Assembly: GCA_963782305.1 (NCBI GenBank)
Contig: CAWAJJ010000006.1
Span: 99,463-163,462, forward strand
From: an uncultured Actinomycetota bacterium
GTDB lineage: Bacteria > Actinomycetota > Actinomycetes > Propionibacteriales > Nocardioidaceae
DNA: 64,000 bases
Direction of reading: 5' to 3'
Under the pieces are notes generated by a model. That model searched no databases. It was given only the letters and a program-made list of their open reading frames with translations, and was not told the origin of the DNA. Shown in pieces: positions 51,325-61,415 of this stretch. The position numbers were made by a program, and so were the translations under genes. Position 1 is the stretch's first letter. Each line of letters begins with the position of its first letter.

Positions 51325-52529
51325 GCGCTGGCAGCAGGCACCTTGACGACCAGGGCGTCACCCTGGCCACCGCCGCCACACAGGGCGGCGACGCCGGTGC
51401 CACCACCGCGGCGCTGGAGCTCGAGAGCCAGGTGGAGCACGATCCGGGCGCCGGACATGCCGACCGGGTGGCCCAGGGCGATGGCGCCGCCGTTGACGTT
51501 GACCTTCTCGTCGGGGATGCCGAGCTCGCGTGCGGAGGAGATGCCGACGGCCGCGAAGGCCTCGTTGAACTCGACGAGGTCGACGTCGTCGACGCTGATG
51601 CCCTCCTTCTCCAGCGCCTTGGCCGTGGCCGCGGCGGGCTGGAGCTGCAGGGTCGAGTCGGGTCCGGCCACCTGGCCGTGCGCACCGATCTCGGCGAGCC
51701 AGGTCAGGCCGAGCTCCTCGGCCTTGGCCTTGCTCATCACCACGACGGCGCAGGCGCCGTCGGAGATCTGCGAGGAGGAGCCGGCAGTGACGGTGCCGTC
51801 CTTGCTGAATGCGGGACGCAGCTTGCCCAGTGACTCGGCGGTGGTGTCCCCGCGGACGCCCTCGTCCTGGGAGACGACGATCGCGTCGCCGCGGCGCTGC
51901 GGGATCTCGACGGGGACGACCTCGTCGTCGAAGAGGCCGTTCTTCCAGGCGGCCGCGGCCTTCTGGTGCGACTGGGCGGAGAACTCGTCCTGCTCCTCGC
52001 GGGTCAGGTTGGCGCCGGCCGCGTTGCACTCCTCGGTGAGGAGGCCCATCGCCTGCTGGGTGGTCTGGTCGTAGAGGGCGTCGTAGGCCATCGAGTCGAC
52101 GAGCGTCGCGTCGCCGAACTTCGTGCCCTCACGCGACTTGGGCAGCAGGTGCGGGGCGTTGGTCATCGACTCCATGCCGCCGGCGACGACGATGTCGTGC
52201 TCGCCCGCGCGGATCAGCTGGTCGGCCGTCGCGATCGCGTTGACGCCGGAGAGGCACACCTTGTTGATGGTGATGGAGGGCAGCGACATCGGCAGCCCGG
52301 CGGCGATGCCGGCCGTGCGGGCCGGGTTCTGGCCGGCGCCGGCCTGGATGACCTGGCCCATGATCAGGTAGTCGACCTGGTCACCGGACACACCGGCCTT
52401 CTCCAGGGCGGCCTTGATGGCGACACCGCCCAGCTCGGCCGCGGACAGGCTCTTGAGGCCCCCGAGCAGGCGGCCGATCGGCGTACGAGCGCCGGCGACG
52501 ATGACGGATCCACCATTGGTCGATGACAT
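51321..52529 (-). CDS. acetyl-CoA C-acetyltransferase (thiolase)
   Basis: [37 protein letters not shown]. Confidence 0.95.
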   Translation of the reverse strand: MSSTNGGSVIVAGARTPIGRLLGGLKSLSAAELGGVAIKAALEKAGVSGDQVDYLIMGQVIQAGAGQNPARTAGIAAGLPMSLPSITINKVCLSGVNAIATADQLIRAGEHDIVVAGGMESMTNAPHLLPKSREGTKFGDATLVDSMAYDALYDQTTQQAMGLLTEECNAAGANLTREEQDEFSAQSHQKAAAAWKNGLFDDEVVPVEIPQRRGDAIVVSQDEGVRGDTTAESLGKLRPAFSKDGTVTAGSSSQISDGACAVVVMSKAKAEELGLTWLAEIGAHGQVAGPDSTLQLQPAAATAKALEKEGISVDDVDLVEFNEAFAAVGISSARELGIPDEKVNVNGGAIALGHPVGMSGARIVLHLALELQRRGGGTGVAALCGGGGQGDALVVKVPAASA

Positions 52530-52672
52530 GGGAGTGCCTCCTGTAGAGCAAAACTGGGTCTTGATGACAGTACCCAGCAAATGCCTCGTGGAGGAGGGGG
52601 GTCCGGCGTACGGGGATGTACGACCCGTCACACCCCGTTGAGGGTCGCTGCGCTCTGGGCGAGACTGCGCAC

Positions 52673-53143
52673 ATGACTGCCGCGAGCACCTCCTCCGCCC
52701 CGCTGGACATCCCGGCCCACCTGTTCACCTGCATCGACCACGTGGGCATCGCCGTACCCGACCTCGACATCGCGATCGCGATGTACAGCGAGAAGTTCGG
52801 CATGGAGGTCACCCACGAGGAGACCAACGAGGAGCAGGGCGTGCGCGAGGCGATGGTCGCGGTGGGCGACTCAGGGTCCAGCATCCAGCTGCTCGCGCCG
52901 CTCAACGAGGACTCGACGATCGCGAAGTTCCTCAGCCGCTCCGGCCCCGGCCTGCAGCAGCTCGCCTACCGCGTCACCGACGTCGACCAGGTCTGCGCCA
53001 TTCTCCGCGAGCGCGGCGTGCGGCTGCTGTACGACGAGCCCCGCCGCGGCACGGCCAACTCCCGGATCAACTTCATCCACCCCAAGGACGCCGGCGGCGT
53101 ACTCGTCGAGCTGGTCGAGCCGGCGGCTGACGCGGGGCACTGA
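52673..53143 (+). CDS. mce: methylmalonyl-/ethylmalonyl-CoA epimerase
   Basis: [43 protein letters not shown]. Confidence 0.92.
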   Translation: MTAASTSSAPLDIPAHLFTCIDHVGIAVPDLDIAIAMYSEKFGMEVTHEETNEEQGVREAMVAVGDSGSSIQLLAPLNEDSTIAKFLSRSGPGLQQLAYRVTDVDQVCAILRERGVRLLYDEPRRGTANSRINFIHPKDAGGVLVELVEPAADAGH

Positions 53144-53213
53144 CACGGGACACTGACGGGCGAGGCTGGGCCGGGTCCGTCGTACACCCCGGGACCGCCG
53201 GTAAACGCCCCGG

Positions 53214-53314
53214 GACAAAGCGGATGGGGTTCTCGGCCTCCCCCTGACGTTCCTGGGTGTTGCATCGCCCGAGAACGTCCGGGATCCCCGGGTACCCGGG
53301 GAAACCTGCACCCC
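53214..53314 (-). repeat. ~100-bp repeat, copy F
   Basis: GACAAAGCGGATGGGGTTCTCGGCC...GTGTTGCATCG...CCCCGGGTACCCGGGGAAACCTGCACCCC. Confidence 0.85.
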
Positions 53315-53401
53315 ACACCCGGCCCACCAGCCGGTCCCATCCCTCGTCGTTTTTTGACCCGCGTGGTGGGCTGTAGCCACCACGACTGCGAGGACGGGCC
53401 C

Positions 53402-54436
53402 ATGCCGGACGATCACGACGAGACCAGCGACTTCGAGACGGCCGAGGTGGCAGCGCTCCTGGAGCGCGTGCAGTTCGAGATCAAGCGGGTGCTGGTGGGC
53501 CAGGACCGGATGATCGAGCGGATGCTGGTGGGCCTGCTCGCCCGCGGTCACCTGCTGCTCGAGGGCGTGCCGGGCGTGGCCAAGACCCTCGCTGTCCGCA
53601 CCCTCGCGGAGGTCATCGGCGGCACCTTCCACCGGCTCCAGTTCACGCCCGACCTGATGCCCGGTGACATCGTCGGCACCCGGATGTGGCGTCCCTCGAC
53701 GGAGAGCTTCGACACCGAGCTCGGCCCCGTCTTCGCCAACCTCGTGCTGGCCGACGAGATCAACCGCGCCCCCGCCAAGGTGCAGTCGGCGCTGCTCGAG
53801 GCGATGGCCGAGCGGCAGGTCAGCGTGGGCGGCACGACGTACCCGCTGCCCGACCCGTTCCTGGTCCTCGCCACCCAGAACCCGATCGAGTCCGAGGGCG
53901 TCTACGCCCTGCCCGAGGCGCAGCGCGACCGCTTCCTGATGAAGGTCGACGTCGCCTACCCGGGCGCCGAGGACGAGCTGGCCATCCTCCAGCGGATGAG
54001 CGTCTCGCCGCCCAAGGCCCGTGAGCTGCTGACCACCGCCCAGGTCCTCGACCTCCAGGGGGCGGCCGACCGGGTCTTCGTGCACCACGCCGTCGCCCAG
54101 TACGCCGTGGCGCTGGTGATGGCCACGCGTGAGCCGGAGCGGTACGGCGTCGGGGCGATCTCCGGTCACGTCGAGTTCGGCGCCTCCCCGCGGGCCACCC
54201 TGGGCCTGGTCGCCTCTGCCAGGGCGCTGGCGCTGATCCGGGGGCGCGACTTCGTGCTGCCGCACGACGTGTCCGACATCGCGGTCGACGTCATCTCCCA
54301 CCGTCTCGTCCTGACCTTCGACGGCCTCGCCGACGGGGTGGAGCCGCGCCAGATCGTGGAGTACGTCCTCTCCGTGGTCCCCGCACCCCAGATCGCCTCG
54401 CACCTCACCCCGGAGCAGCAGGGCGGCGCCGCGTGA
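53402..54436 (+). CDS. moxR: MoxR-family AAA+ ATPase
   Basis: GVPGVAKT, QFTPDLMPGD, LADEINRAP, ATQNP, AQRDRF, GASPR. Confidence 0.93.
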   Translation: MPDDHDETSDFETAEVAALLERVQFEIKRVLVGQDRMIERMLVGLLARGHLLLEGVPGVAKTLAVRTLAEVIGGTFHRLQFTPDLMPGDIVGTRMWRPSTESFDTELGPVFANLVLADEINRAPAKVQSALLEAMAERQVSVGGTTYPLPDPFLVLATQNPIESEGVYALPEAQRDRFLMKVDVAYPGAEDELAILQRMSVSPPKARELLTTAQVLDLQGAADRVFVHHAVAQYAVALVMATREPERYGVGAISGHVEFGASPRATLGLVASARALALIRGRDFVLPHDVSDIAVDVISHRLVLTFDGLADGVEPRQIVEYVLSVVPAPQIASHLTPEQQGGAA

Positions 54437-54446
54437 GGACGCCCGC

Positions 54447-55394
54447 ATGAGGACGCTGGCGGACTCCCGCCGGGCGTTCGCCACCCTCGAGCTCACGGTG
54501 CACCGGCGCCTGGCCGGGGTCCTCAACGGTGGCCACCAGGGGCTGGGGCTCGGTCCCGGCAGCGACCCCGAGGAGGTGGTCCCCTACCGGCCGGGCGAGG
54601 ACGACGTACGCCGCATCGACTGGAACGTCACCGCGCGGAGCTCTGAGCCGCACGTCTGGCGCACCCGTGCGGAGCACGAGCTGGAGACGTGGGTGCTCGT
54701 CGACGAGACCGCGAGCATGGACTTCGGCACGGTCGAGGTCGAGAAGGGTGACCTCGCGGCGTCGGTGACCGGAGCCGTCGGGCTGCTCAGCGACGGACCG
54801 GGCAACCGGATGGGCGTCGTACACCTGCGCTCCGACGGGCTGAGCTGGTCCCCCGCACTTCCGGGGCGCCGAGCCGCCTATCGGGCGCTGGTGGCCAAGC
54901 GTGACCCCACGCGGGATGCGGGCCCCCCGGCCAGGTCCGAGCAGACCACCCTGGCCGACGCCCTGCTCGCCCTCGACCAGCGACACCGGCGTCCCGGGAT
55001 CCGCGTCGTGGTCAGTGACTTCGTGGAGCCCGACGGCACTGTCGAGCGTCCGTTCGCCTGGGAGAAGGCTCTGCGACGGCTCAGCGTCCGCCACGACGTC
55101 GTGGTCGTCGAGGTCCTGGACCCGCGCGAGCTCGCCCTTCCCGATGTCGGCCCGGTGGTGCTCACCGACCCCGAGACCGGGCACAGCTGCGAGGTCTGGA
55201 CCTCGCTGCCCGGCCTGCGCGAGGAGTACGCCGCCCTGGCGGCCGGTCACCGCTCGGCCGTCGCCGAGGCGGTCCGCGCCGCGGGGGCCGGCCACGTCGT
55301 ACTCCGCACCGACCGCGACTGGGTCGGTGACCTCGCCCGCTTCGTGCGGCTGCGCAACGGGGCACGCGGCCCCAGGCGAAGGGGCCCCCGATGA
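54447..55394 (+). CDS. DUF58 protein
   Basis: YRPGEDDVRRIDWNVTAR, VDETASMDFG, VSDF. Confidence 0.9.
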   Translation: MRTLADSRRAFATLELTVHRRLAGVLNGGHQGLGLGPGSDPEEVVPYRPGEDDVRRIDWNVTARSSEPHVWRTRAEHELETWVLVDETASMDFGTVEVEKGDLAASVTGAVGLLSDGPGNRMGVVHLRSDGLSWSPALPGRRAAYRALVAKRDPTRDAGPPARSEQTTLADALLALDQRHRRPGIRVVVSDFVEPDGTVERPFAWEKALRRLSVRHDVVVVEVLDPRELALPDVGPVVLTDPETGHSCEVWTSLPGLREEYAALAAGHRSAVAEAVRAAGAGHVVLRTDRDWVGDLARFVRLRNGARGPRRRGPR

Positions 55395-56339
55395 GCTTCC
55401 TGTCCCCCTGGTGGCTGCTGCTGCTGGTGCCGGTGGTCCTGCTGGCGGTGGCCTACGTGCTCCAGCAGCGGCGACGCAGCCGCTACGCCGTGAAGTTCGC
55501 GTCCCTGCCGATGCTCGAGCGCCTCGTCACCAAGCGACCACGCTGGCGACGGCACCTCCCCGCGGCCATCCTGCTGCTCGCCTTCGCTGCCCTGGCCCTC
55601 GCCGTGGCGCGACCCGAGGCCGACGTGCGCGTGCCCCGGAAGAACGCCACCGTGATGGTGGCGATCGACGTCTCCATCTCCATGCGGGCCACGGACGTGG
55701 AGCCGAGCCGCGTGACGGCCGCCGCTGCCGCCGCCCAGCGCTTCGTCGAGGACATGCCCAAGGGCATCAACGTCGGCCTGGTCACCTTCTCCGGCCAGAC
55801 AGTGGTGCGAGCAGCACCGACCACGAACCATGCCGAGGTCGAGGGCGCTCTCAAGAGCCTGTCGCTGTCCACCAAGACGGCCATCGGGGAGGGCGTGTTC
55901 ACCTCCCTCGACGAGATCAGCTCGACGGCGGCCGAGGCCGGCAAGAAGAAGGTGCCGGGGACCGTCGTACTCCTCTCCGACGGGACCAACACCGTCGGCC
56001 GCACCCCCGCGGAGGCAGCGGCAGCCGCCCGCGCGGCCGGCGTACCGGTCTCCACGATCGCCTACGGCACCCAGGACGGCACCGTCGAGCTCGACGGTCA
56101 GCTGATCCCGGTCCCGGTGGACACCGAGACCCTGGCCACGCTGGCGCGCGACACCGACGGCCGCGCCTACACCGCCGAGACCAGTGACGAGCTCAACGGG
56201 GTGTACGACGACATCCGGTCCTCGGTCGGCTTCCGCACCGAGACCCGGGAGCTGACCCAGTGGTTCGCCGCGCCTGGCCCTGCTCCTCGGCCTGGTGGCG
56301 GCCGCCCTGTCGCTGCGGTGGTTCGCGCGACTCCCCTGA
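55391..56339 (+). CDS. VWA-domain membrane protein (BatA-like; one extra base at ~56272)
   Basis: N-terminal TM segments, MIDAS DVSISM, LLSDG; the C-terminal TM LALLLGLVAAALSLRWFARLP* is in the +1 frame. Confidence 0.88.
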
Positions 56340-56484
56340 CCTACGGTGGTGCAGCCCGTGACGGAGGGGCTCGCACCTCCCGGGCACGACGTGGCTGATA
56401 GCCAGATACGTCACACCCAGCGGACAGCGGCCGTTACCCACAAGTAATGTGCGGCGCAGCCCGCCCCCGACCAAGGAGCAGACC

Positions 56485-57822
56485 GTGCAGCAGATCCTCG
56501 AGGCCATCCTCGCTGGCGACACCAGCAGCGAGGACTTCGCTGCCCTCCCACTTCCCGAGTCCTACCGGGCGGCCACCGTCCGCAAGGAGGAGGCGGGCAT
56601 GTTCGAGGGACTCGACAGCCGGGACAAGGACCCCCGCAAGTCCCTGCACGTGGGGGACGTGGCCCTGCCCGAGCTCGGTCCCGGCGAGGCGATCGTCGCC
56701 GTGATGGCGAGCGCGATCAACTACAACACCGTGTGGACCTCGATCTTCGAGCCCGTCTCCACCTTCGGGTTCCTCGAGCGCTACGGCCGGATGTCGCCGC
56801 TGTCCAAGCGGCACGACCTGCCCTACCACGTGGTCGGCTCCGACCTGTCCGGCGTCGTGCTGAAGACCGGCCTGGGCGTGCACTCCTGGAAGCCCGGCGA
56901 CGAGGTCGTGGCCCACTGCCTCTCGGTGGAGCTGGAGGGCCCGGACGGCCACAACGACACGATGATGGACCCCGAGCAGCGCATCTGGGGCTTCGAGACC
57001 AACTTCGGTGGCCTCGCCCACCTCGCGCTGGTGAAGTCCAACCAGCTGATGCCCAAGCCGGATCACCTGACCTGGGAGGAGGCAGCCTCCCCCGGGCTGG
57101 TGAACTCCACCGCCTACCGCCAGCTCGTCTCCCGCAACGGCGCCGGCATGAAGCAGGGCGACAACGTGCTCATCTGGGGTGCCAGCGGCGGCCTCGGCGG
57201 CTTCGCGACGCAGTACGCCCTCAACGGCGGCGCCACTCCCGTCTGCGTGGTCTCCAACGAGGAGAAGGCGGCCATCGCCCGCAAGATGGGCGCCGAGCTG
57301 ATCATCAACCGCTCCGAGGCGGGCTACAAGTTCTGGAAGGACGAGAACACCCAGGACCCCAAGGAGTGGCGTCGCTTCGGCAAGGACATCCGCGACCTCA
57401 CCGGTGGCGAGGACGTCGACATCGTCTTCGAGCACCCCGGTCGGGAGACCTTCGGCGCCTCGGTGTTCGCGGCCCGCAAGGGCGGCACCATCGTCACCTG
57501 CGCCTCGACGAGCGGCTACATGCACCAGTACGACAACCGCTACCTGTGGATGAACCTCAAGCGCATCATCGGCTCGCACTTCGCGAACTACCGCGAGTCG
57601 TGGGAGGCCAACCGGCTCATCGCCAAGGGGATGATCCACCCCACCCTGTCGAAGGCCTACACCCTCGACGACGTCGGCCAGGCCGCCCTCGACGTGCACC
57701 AGAACGCTCACCAGGGCAAGGTCGGCATCCTGTGCCTCGCCCCGGAGGAGGGACTGGGTGTCCGCAACGAGGAGCTGCGGGCCCAGCACCTGGTGCAGAT
57801 CAACGCCTTCCGCGGCGTCTGA
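56485..57822 (+). CDS. ccrA: crotonyl-CoA carboxylase/reductase
   Basis: AAGGAG RBS; ASAINYNTVW, IWGFETNFGG, WGASGGLG, FEHPGRETFG, DNRYLWM, GSHFANY. Confidence 0.95.
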   Translation: MQQILEAILAGDTSSEDFAALPLPESYRAATVRKEEAGMFEGLDSRDKDPRKSLHVGDVALPELGPGEAIVAVMASAINYNTVWTSIFEPVSTFGFLERYGRMSPLSKRHDLPYHVVGSDLSGVVLKTGLGVHSWKPGDEVVAHCLSVELEGPDGHNDTMMDPEQRIWGFETNFGGLAHLALVKSNQLMPKPDHLTWEEAASPGLVNSTAYRQLVSRNGAGMKQGDNVLIWGASGGLGGFATQYALNGGATPVCVVSNEEKAAIARKMGAELIINRSEAGYKFWKDENTQDPKEWRRFGKDIRDLTGGEDVDIVFEHPGRETFGASVFAARKGGTIVTCASTSGYMHQYDNRYLWMNLKRIIGSHFANYRESWEANRLIAKGMIHPTLSKAYTLDDVGQAALDVHQNAHQGKVGILCLAPEEGLGVRNEELRAQHLVQINAFRGV

Positions 57823-58016
57823 GGCTCCTGCCCAGCAGGTGACGGTTCAACGACCACACCTGTCCCAGCACACCCGGCAGCACCTCTGATGTGCCGCCGG
57901 GTGTGACTTTTCTCAGCACTTCGGCGCGTCGCACGAGTCGCGGTCGGAATCGCTCTGACCATGGGTGACACTGACGGCGTACGTCGGATTCCCGAGCCGG
58001 AATAAGAGGAAGATTC

Positions 58017-59306
58017 ATGAGCAACCAGGGCCTGTCCATCTTCGATAACGACCCCGAGGACTCCGGGGACGAGCCCACCCAGGTGATCCCCAGGGTCGAA
58101 CAGTCCAAGGCCGGTGCCGAGCAGCCCGCTGCTCGCCGCGAGGCCCCCCAGAAGTCTGGCCAGAAGTCGGCCCAGGCAGTGGCCGAGAAGACGCTCCCAC
58201 CGCCCCCCGCAGCGCCGCCGGCGCGACCCAGGGTCGTCGCGGACCCGCCGGCCCGCCCGGCTCCGACCCAGCGCACCGACCCCGCTGCCGAGGCTCGTGC
58301 AGCCGCTCAGGTGCCCGCGCTGCCCACCGTGCGGCGCGGCGGCTACGACACCTCGGCCGTCGACCGGCTGCTGCGCACGACGACGGCCGAGAAGGCCGGA
58401 CTCACGGCGAGCCTGACCGAGGCCCAGAGCCGGCTCAAGTCGCTGCAGGCCGAGGTCGAGGCGCTGCGCACCAAGGTCGACGAGAACGAGAACCCGACGT
58501 ACGCCGGGCTCGGCGGCAAGGCCAGCGAGATGCTGCGCCTGGCTGAGGAGCAGGCCGCGGACGTGCTCGAGGAGGCCAACGCACAGGCGACCCAGATCCG
58601 TCAGCAGGCCCAGCGCGACGCGGCCGCGATCAAGTCCGAGGCGGAGGCCGACACCGAGAGCATGCGGGTCGTGCAGACCCGCGAGCTCGAGGAGACCCGG
58701 AGCCGCACGACCGCCGACATCGAGTCGCACCGCGTCCGCGCCCTGGCCGAGGCCGACGACCACCTTGCCTCCGCGAAGCGCGAGGCCGAGCAGCACCGCC
58801 TGGCCGCCGAGCAGGAGACCAACGCGCTGCGCACCAGCACGGCGCGCGAGGCCGAGCAGGCCCGTGCCGCTGCCGACCGCGAGGTGCAGGAGGCCCGCCG
58901 TGAGCTGGCCGTGGAGAAGGAGCGCCTCACCCGTGAGGCGGCCGAGCACCACGACTCCGCCTCTGCGGAGACCGCGCGCCTCGTCGCCGAGGCCGAGGAG
59001 CGTGCCAACGCTGCCGAGCAGCGTGCTCGCGAGGCCACCGAGGCGGCCAACGCCCACCGCGAGCAGGCCACCCAGGAGGCCGAGCAGCTGGTGAGCAGGT
59101 CGCGCCGCGAGGCCGAGCAGATCGTCAGCGCAGCCAAGAAGCAGGCCGACGCACTGCGCAACAGCGGTCACGCCGACTCCGAGCGCGAGCTCCAGGTGCT
59201 CCAGGCCGAGGTCACCCGCCTCAGCCGCCGACGCGACTCGATCACCGCCCAGCTGTCCGCGCTGCGCGACGTGGTGGCGGGCTTCGGCAACGACGACGAG
59301 AGCTGA
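58017..59306 (+). CDS. DivIVA-motif coiled-coil protein (FilP/Scy-like)
   Basis: Pro-rich N-terminus, VRRGGYDTSAVD, PTYAGLG..MLRLAEEQA, long A/E/R coiled coil. Confidence 0.75.
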   Translation: MSNQGLSIFDNDPEDSGDEPTQVIPRVEQSKAGAEQPAARREAPQKSGQKSAQAVAEKTLPPPPAAPPARPRVVADPPARPAPTQRTDPAAEARAAAQVPALPTVRRGGYDTSAVDRLLRTTTAEKAGLTASLTEAQSRLKSLQAEVEALRTKVDENENPTYAGLGGKASEMLRLAEEQAADVLEEANAQATQIRQQAQRDAAAIKSEAEADTESMRVVQTRELEETRSRTTADIESHRVRALAEADDHLASAKREAEQHRLAAEQETNALRTSTAREAEQARAAADREVQEARRELAVEKERLTREAAEHHDSASAETARLVAEAEERANAAEQRAREATEAANAHREQATQEAEQLVSRSRREAEQIVSAAKKQADALRNSGHADSERELQVLQAEVTRLSRRRDSITAQLSALRDVVAGFGNDDES

Positions 59307-59307
59307 C

Positions 59308-60501
59308 GTGGGGGTCCCCGGGCCCGGCGAACCCGGCTCCACTCCAGAGCCAGGCGCCGAGAAGTCGGCGCCGGCCCGGCCCGGGACCCCAACGCACGAA
59401 GGCGGCGACACCGCCGTCGTCACGGCTCCACCCGTCACCCCCGGCCCGCCGATCGACCGCAGGCCCCGCGGCACCTGGGGTCGACCACCCTTCGTCACCG
59501 GCTTCCTGCTCGCTGCCGGTGGGCTGCTGGCGTACTGGCTCGGCGGCCTGATCCTGCAGGCCGGCTCGGTGATCATCCTGATCGTGGTGTCGCTGTTCAT
59601 CGCGTTCGGTCTCAACCCGGTCGTGCTGTGGCTGATGGGCCGCGGCGTACGTCGCTCCTACGCCGTGCTCATGGTCGCGTTCGGCTTCGTGGCCGCGCTG
59701 GCGCTCTTCGTCGTGGCCATCGCCCCCGTCGTCGCCGACCAGATCAACGCGCTGACCGCCAACGCTCCGGACTGGTTCGACCAGCTCCAGCACAACCGCC
59801 AGATCCAGCGCTGGGACGACAAGTACGACATCATCCAGAAGGCTCAGGACTACGTCACCGGCGGCGACCTGACCCAGCAGCTCTTCGGCGGAGTGCTCGG
59901 CGTCGGCCTGGCGATCCTGTCCTTCCTCGGCAACGCGTTCATCGTGATCGTGCTGACGCTCTACTTCCTCGCCTCGCTCGACAAGGTCAAGCACGGCCTC
60001 TACCGGCTCGCCCCGGCCAGTGGCCGTCCCCGCGTCGAGAGCCTCGGCGACAGGATCCTGGAGGGCATCGGCGGCTACGTCTCGGGCGCCTTCGTGGTCG
60101 CGCTCTGCGCCGGCGTCTCGACGCTGGTGTTCCTGTTCATCGTGGGCCTGGGCGCCTACGCGGTCGCACTCGCGGTCGTGGTGGCCATCCTCGACGTGAT
60201 CCCGATGATCGGCGCCACCCTCGGTGCGGTCATCGTCAGTGCCGTCGCCCTGGCAACGGACCTGCAGGCCGGCATCGCCTGCATCATCTTCTTCGTGATC
60301 TACCAGCAGGTCGAGAACTACCTGATCTACCCGAGGGTGATGTCCAAGTCCGTCGACATCCCCGGCGCGATGACCGTGATCGCCGCCCTGGTCGGCGCCA
60401 GCCTCCTCGGCGTGGTCGGCGCCCTCCTGGCCATCCCCACCGCCGCCGCGATCCTGCTGCTCGTGCGCGAGGTGTTCATCAAGAAGCAGGACACGCGCTG
60501 A
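59308..60501 (+). CDS. AI-2E family transporter
   Basis: GLNPVV, IPMIGATLG, YQQVENYLIYPRVM, GVVGALLAIP. Confidence 0.9.
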   Translation: MGVPGPGEPGSTPEPGAEKSAPARPGTPTHEGGDTAVVTAPPVTPGPPIDRRPRGTWGRPPFVTGFLLAAGGLLAYWLGGLILQAGSVIILIVVSLFIAFGLNPVVLWLMGRGVRRSYAVLMVAFGFVAALALFVVAIAPVVADQINALTANAPDWFDQLQHNRQIQRWDDKYDIIQKAQDYVTGGDLTQQLFGGVLGVGLAILSFLGNAFIVIVLTLYFLASLDKVKHGLYRLAPASGRPRVESLGDRILEGIGGYVSGAFVVALCAGVSTLVFLFIVGLGAYAVALAVVVAILDVIPMIGATLGAVIVSAVALATDLQAGIACIIFFVIYQQVENYLIYPRVMSKSVDIPGAMTVIAALVGASLLGVVGALLAIPTAAAILLLVREVFIKKQDTR

Positions 60502-60596
60502 CGGTTTTTCTGGTTAACCAGTGAAACTGTCACTTAGCCCACGTTGCAACGTTGGTATCTGAGAGTTTTTCTGGTTAACCAGAAAAACTGCACCCC
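60500..60596 (-). repeat. ~100-bp repeat, copy G (AT-rich variant)
   Basis: GACGGTTTTTCTGGTTAACCAGTGAAAC...GTTGCAAC...GTTTTTCTGGTTAACCAGAAAAACTGCACCCC, between convergent genes. Confidence 0.75.
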
Positions 60597-61394
60597 TCAC
60601 TCCCCCGGCTGAGGCACCGGCTTGTCCTTGTACGCCGACAGGTTGTGGGCGTTGTAGGCGCTGGTGTCGGCTGTCTCCATCGGGCCGTCCCACTCGCGGG
60701 GCAGGGGCGTGTCGACGTCGGGGGCCACGCGCTGCACGATCTTGTCGAGCACCTTCTCCGCATCCCCCACCCACAGGTGCTTGGCACCGTCCATCGGGAT
60801 GATCTCGGCCTGGGTGAGCGGCGCGAACCGCTCGGCCGCCTCCTCGGGCTGCAGGTAGTCGTCGTGCTCGGGGATCAGGGCGGTCACCGGCTTGCCCGAC
60901 TCCGCCCACCGCTCGAGGTCGGCGGGCTTGCTGTAGCGCAGCGGCGGGGAGAGCAGCACGACGCCCTGCACGACCGGGTCGAGCCCGTGCATCAGGGCCA
61001 GGTCGGTGCCGAACGACCAGCCGACGAGCCAGATGTCGGGCAGGTCCTCGAACTCGGCGTACTCGATGGCGGCGGCCACGTCGTACTTCTCGCCGACCCC
61101 GTTGTCGAACTCGCCCTCGCTGGTGCCCTGCTGGCTCCACGTGCCCCGGGTGTTGAACCGGAGCACGGCGATCCCGGCCAGGGCCGGCAGCCGGTAGGCC
61201 GCCTTCCGGAAGATCTGGCTGTCCATCATCCCGCCGTGGGTCGGCAGGGGGTGCAGGCAGACCAGCGTCGCGACGGGGTCCCGGTCCTCGGGCAGCGCGA
61301 TCTCCGCCACCAACCCGAGTCCGTCGGCGGTCTGCAGCGTCAGCGACTCACGTCTGGCAGGCAGCACCGAGTTGGCGCGGATCGAGGGGGACAT
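60597..61394 (-). CDS. alpha/beta hydrolase
   Basis: HPLPTHGGMMD, LRFNTRG, GWSFG, DDY, HLW. Confidence 0.88.
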   Translation of the reverse strand: MSPSIRANSVLPARRESLTLQTADGLGLVAEIALPEDRDPVATLVCLHPLPTHGGMMDSQIFRKAAYRLPALAGIAVLRFNTRGTWSQQGTSEGEFDNGVGEKYDVAAAIEYAEFEDLPDIWLVGWSFGTDLALMHGLDPVVQGVVLLSPPLRYSKPADLERWAESGKPVTALIPEHDDYLQPEEAAERFAPLTQAEIIPMDGAKHLWVGDAEKVLDKIVQRVAPDVDTPLPREWDGPMETADTSAYNAHNLSAYKDKPVPQPGE

Positions 61395-61415
61395 GCGGCC
61401 ATTGTGCCCAAGGGG

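Noticed and set aside
57902-57917. CRP/GlxR-like site TGTGA-N6-TCAGC upstream of the coiled-coil gene
   Set aside because: Only 8/10 match with no supporting evidence.
20687-60596. Repeats as a CRISPR array
   Set aside because: Copies are dispersed kilobases apart with no spacer periodicity and no cas genes.
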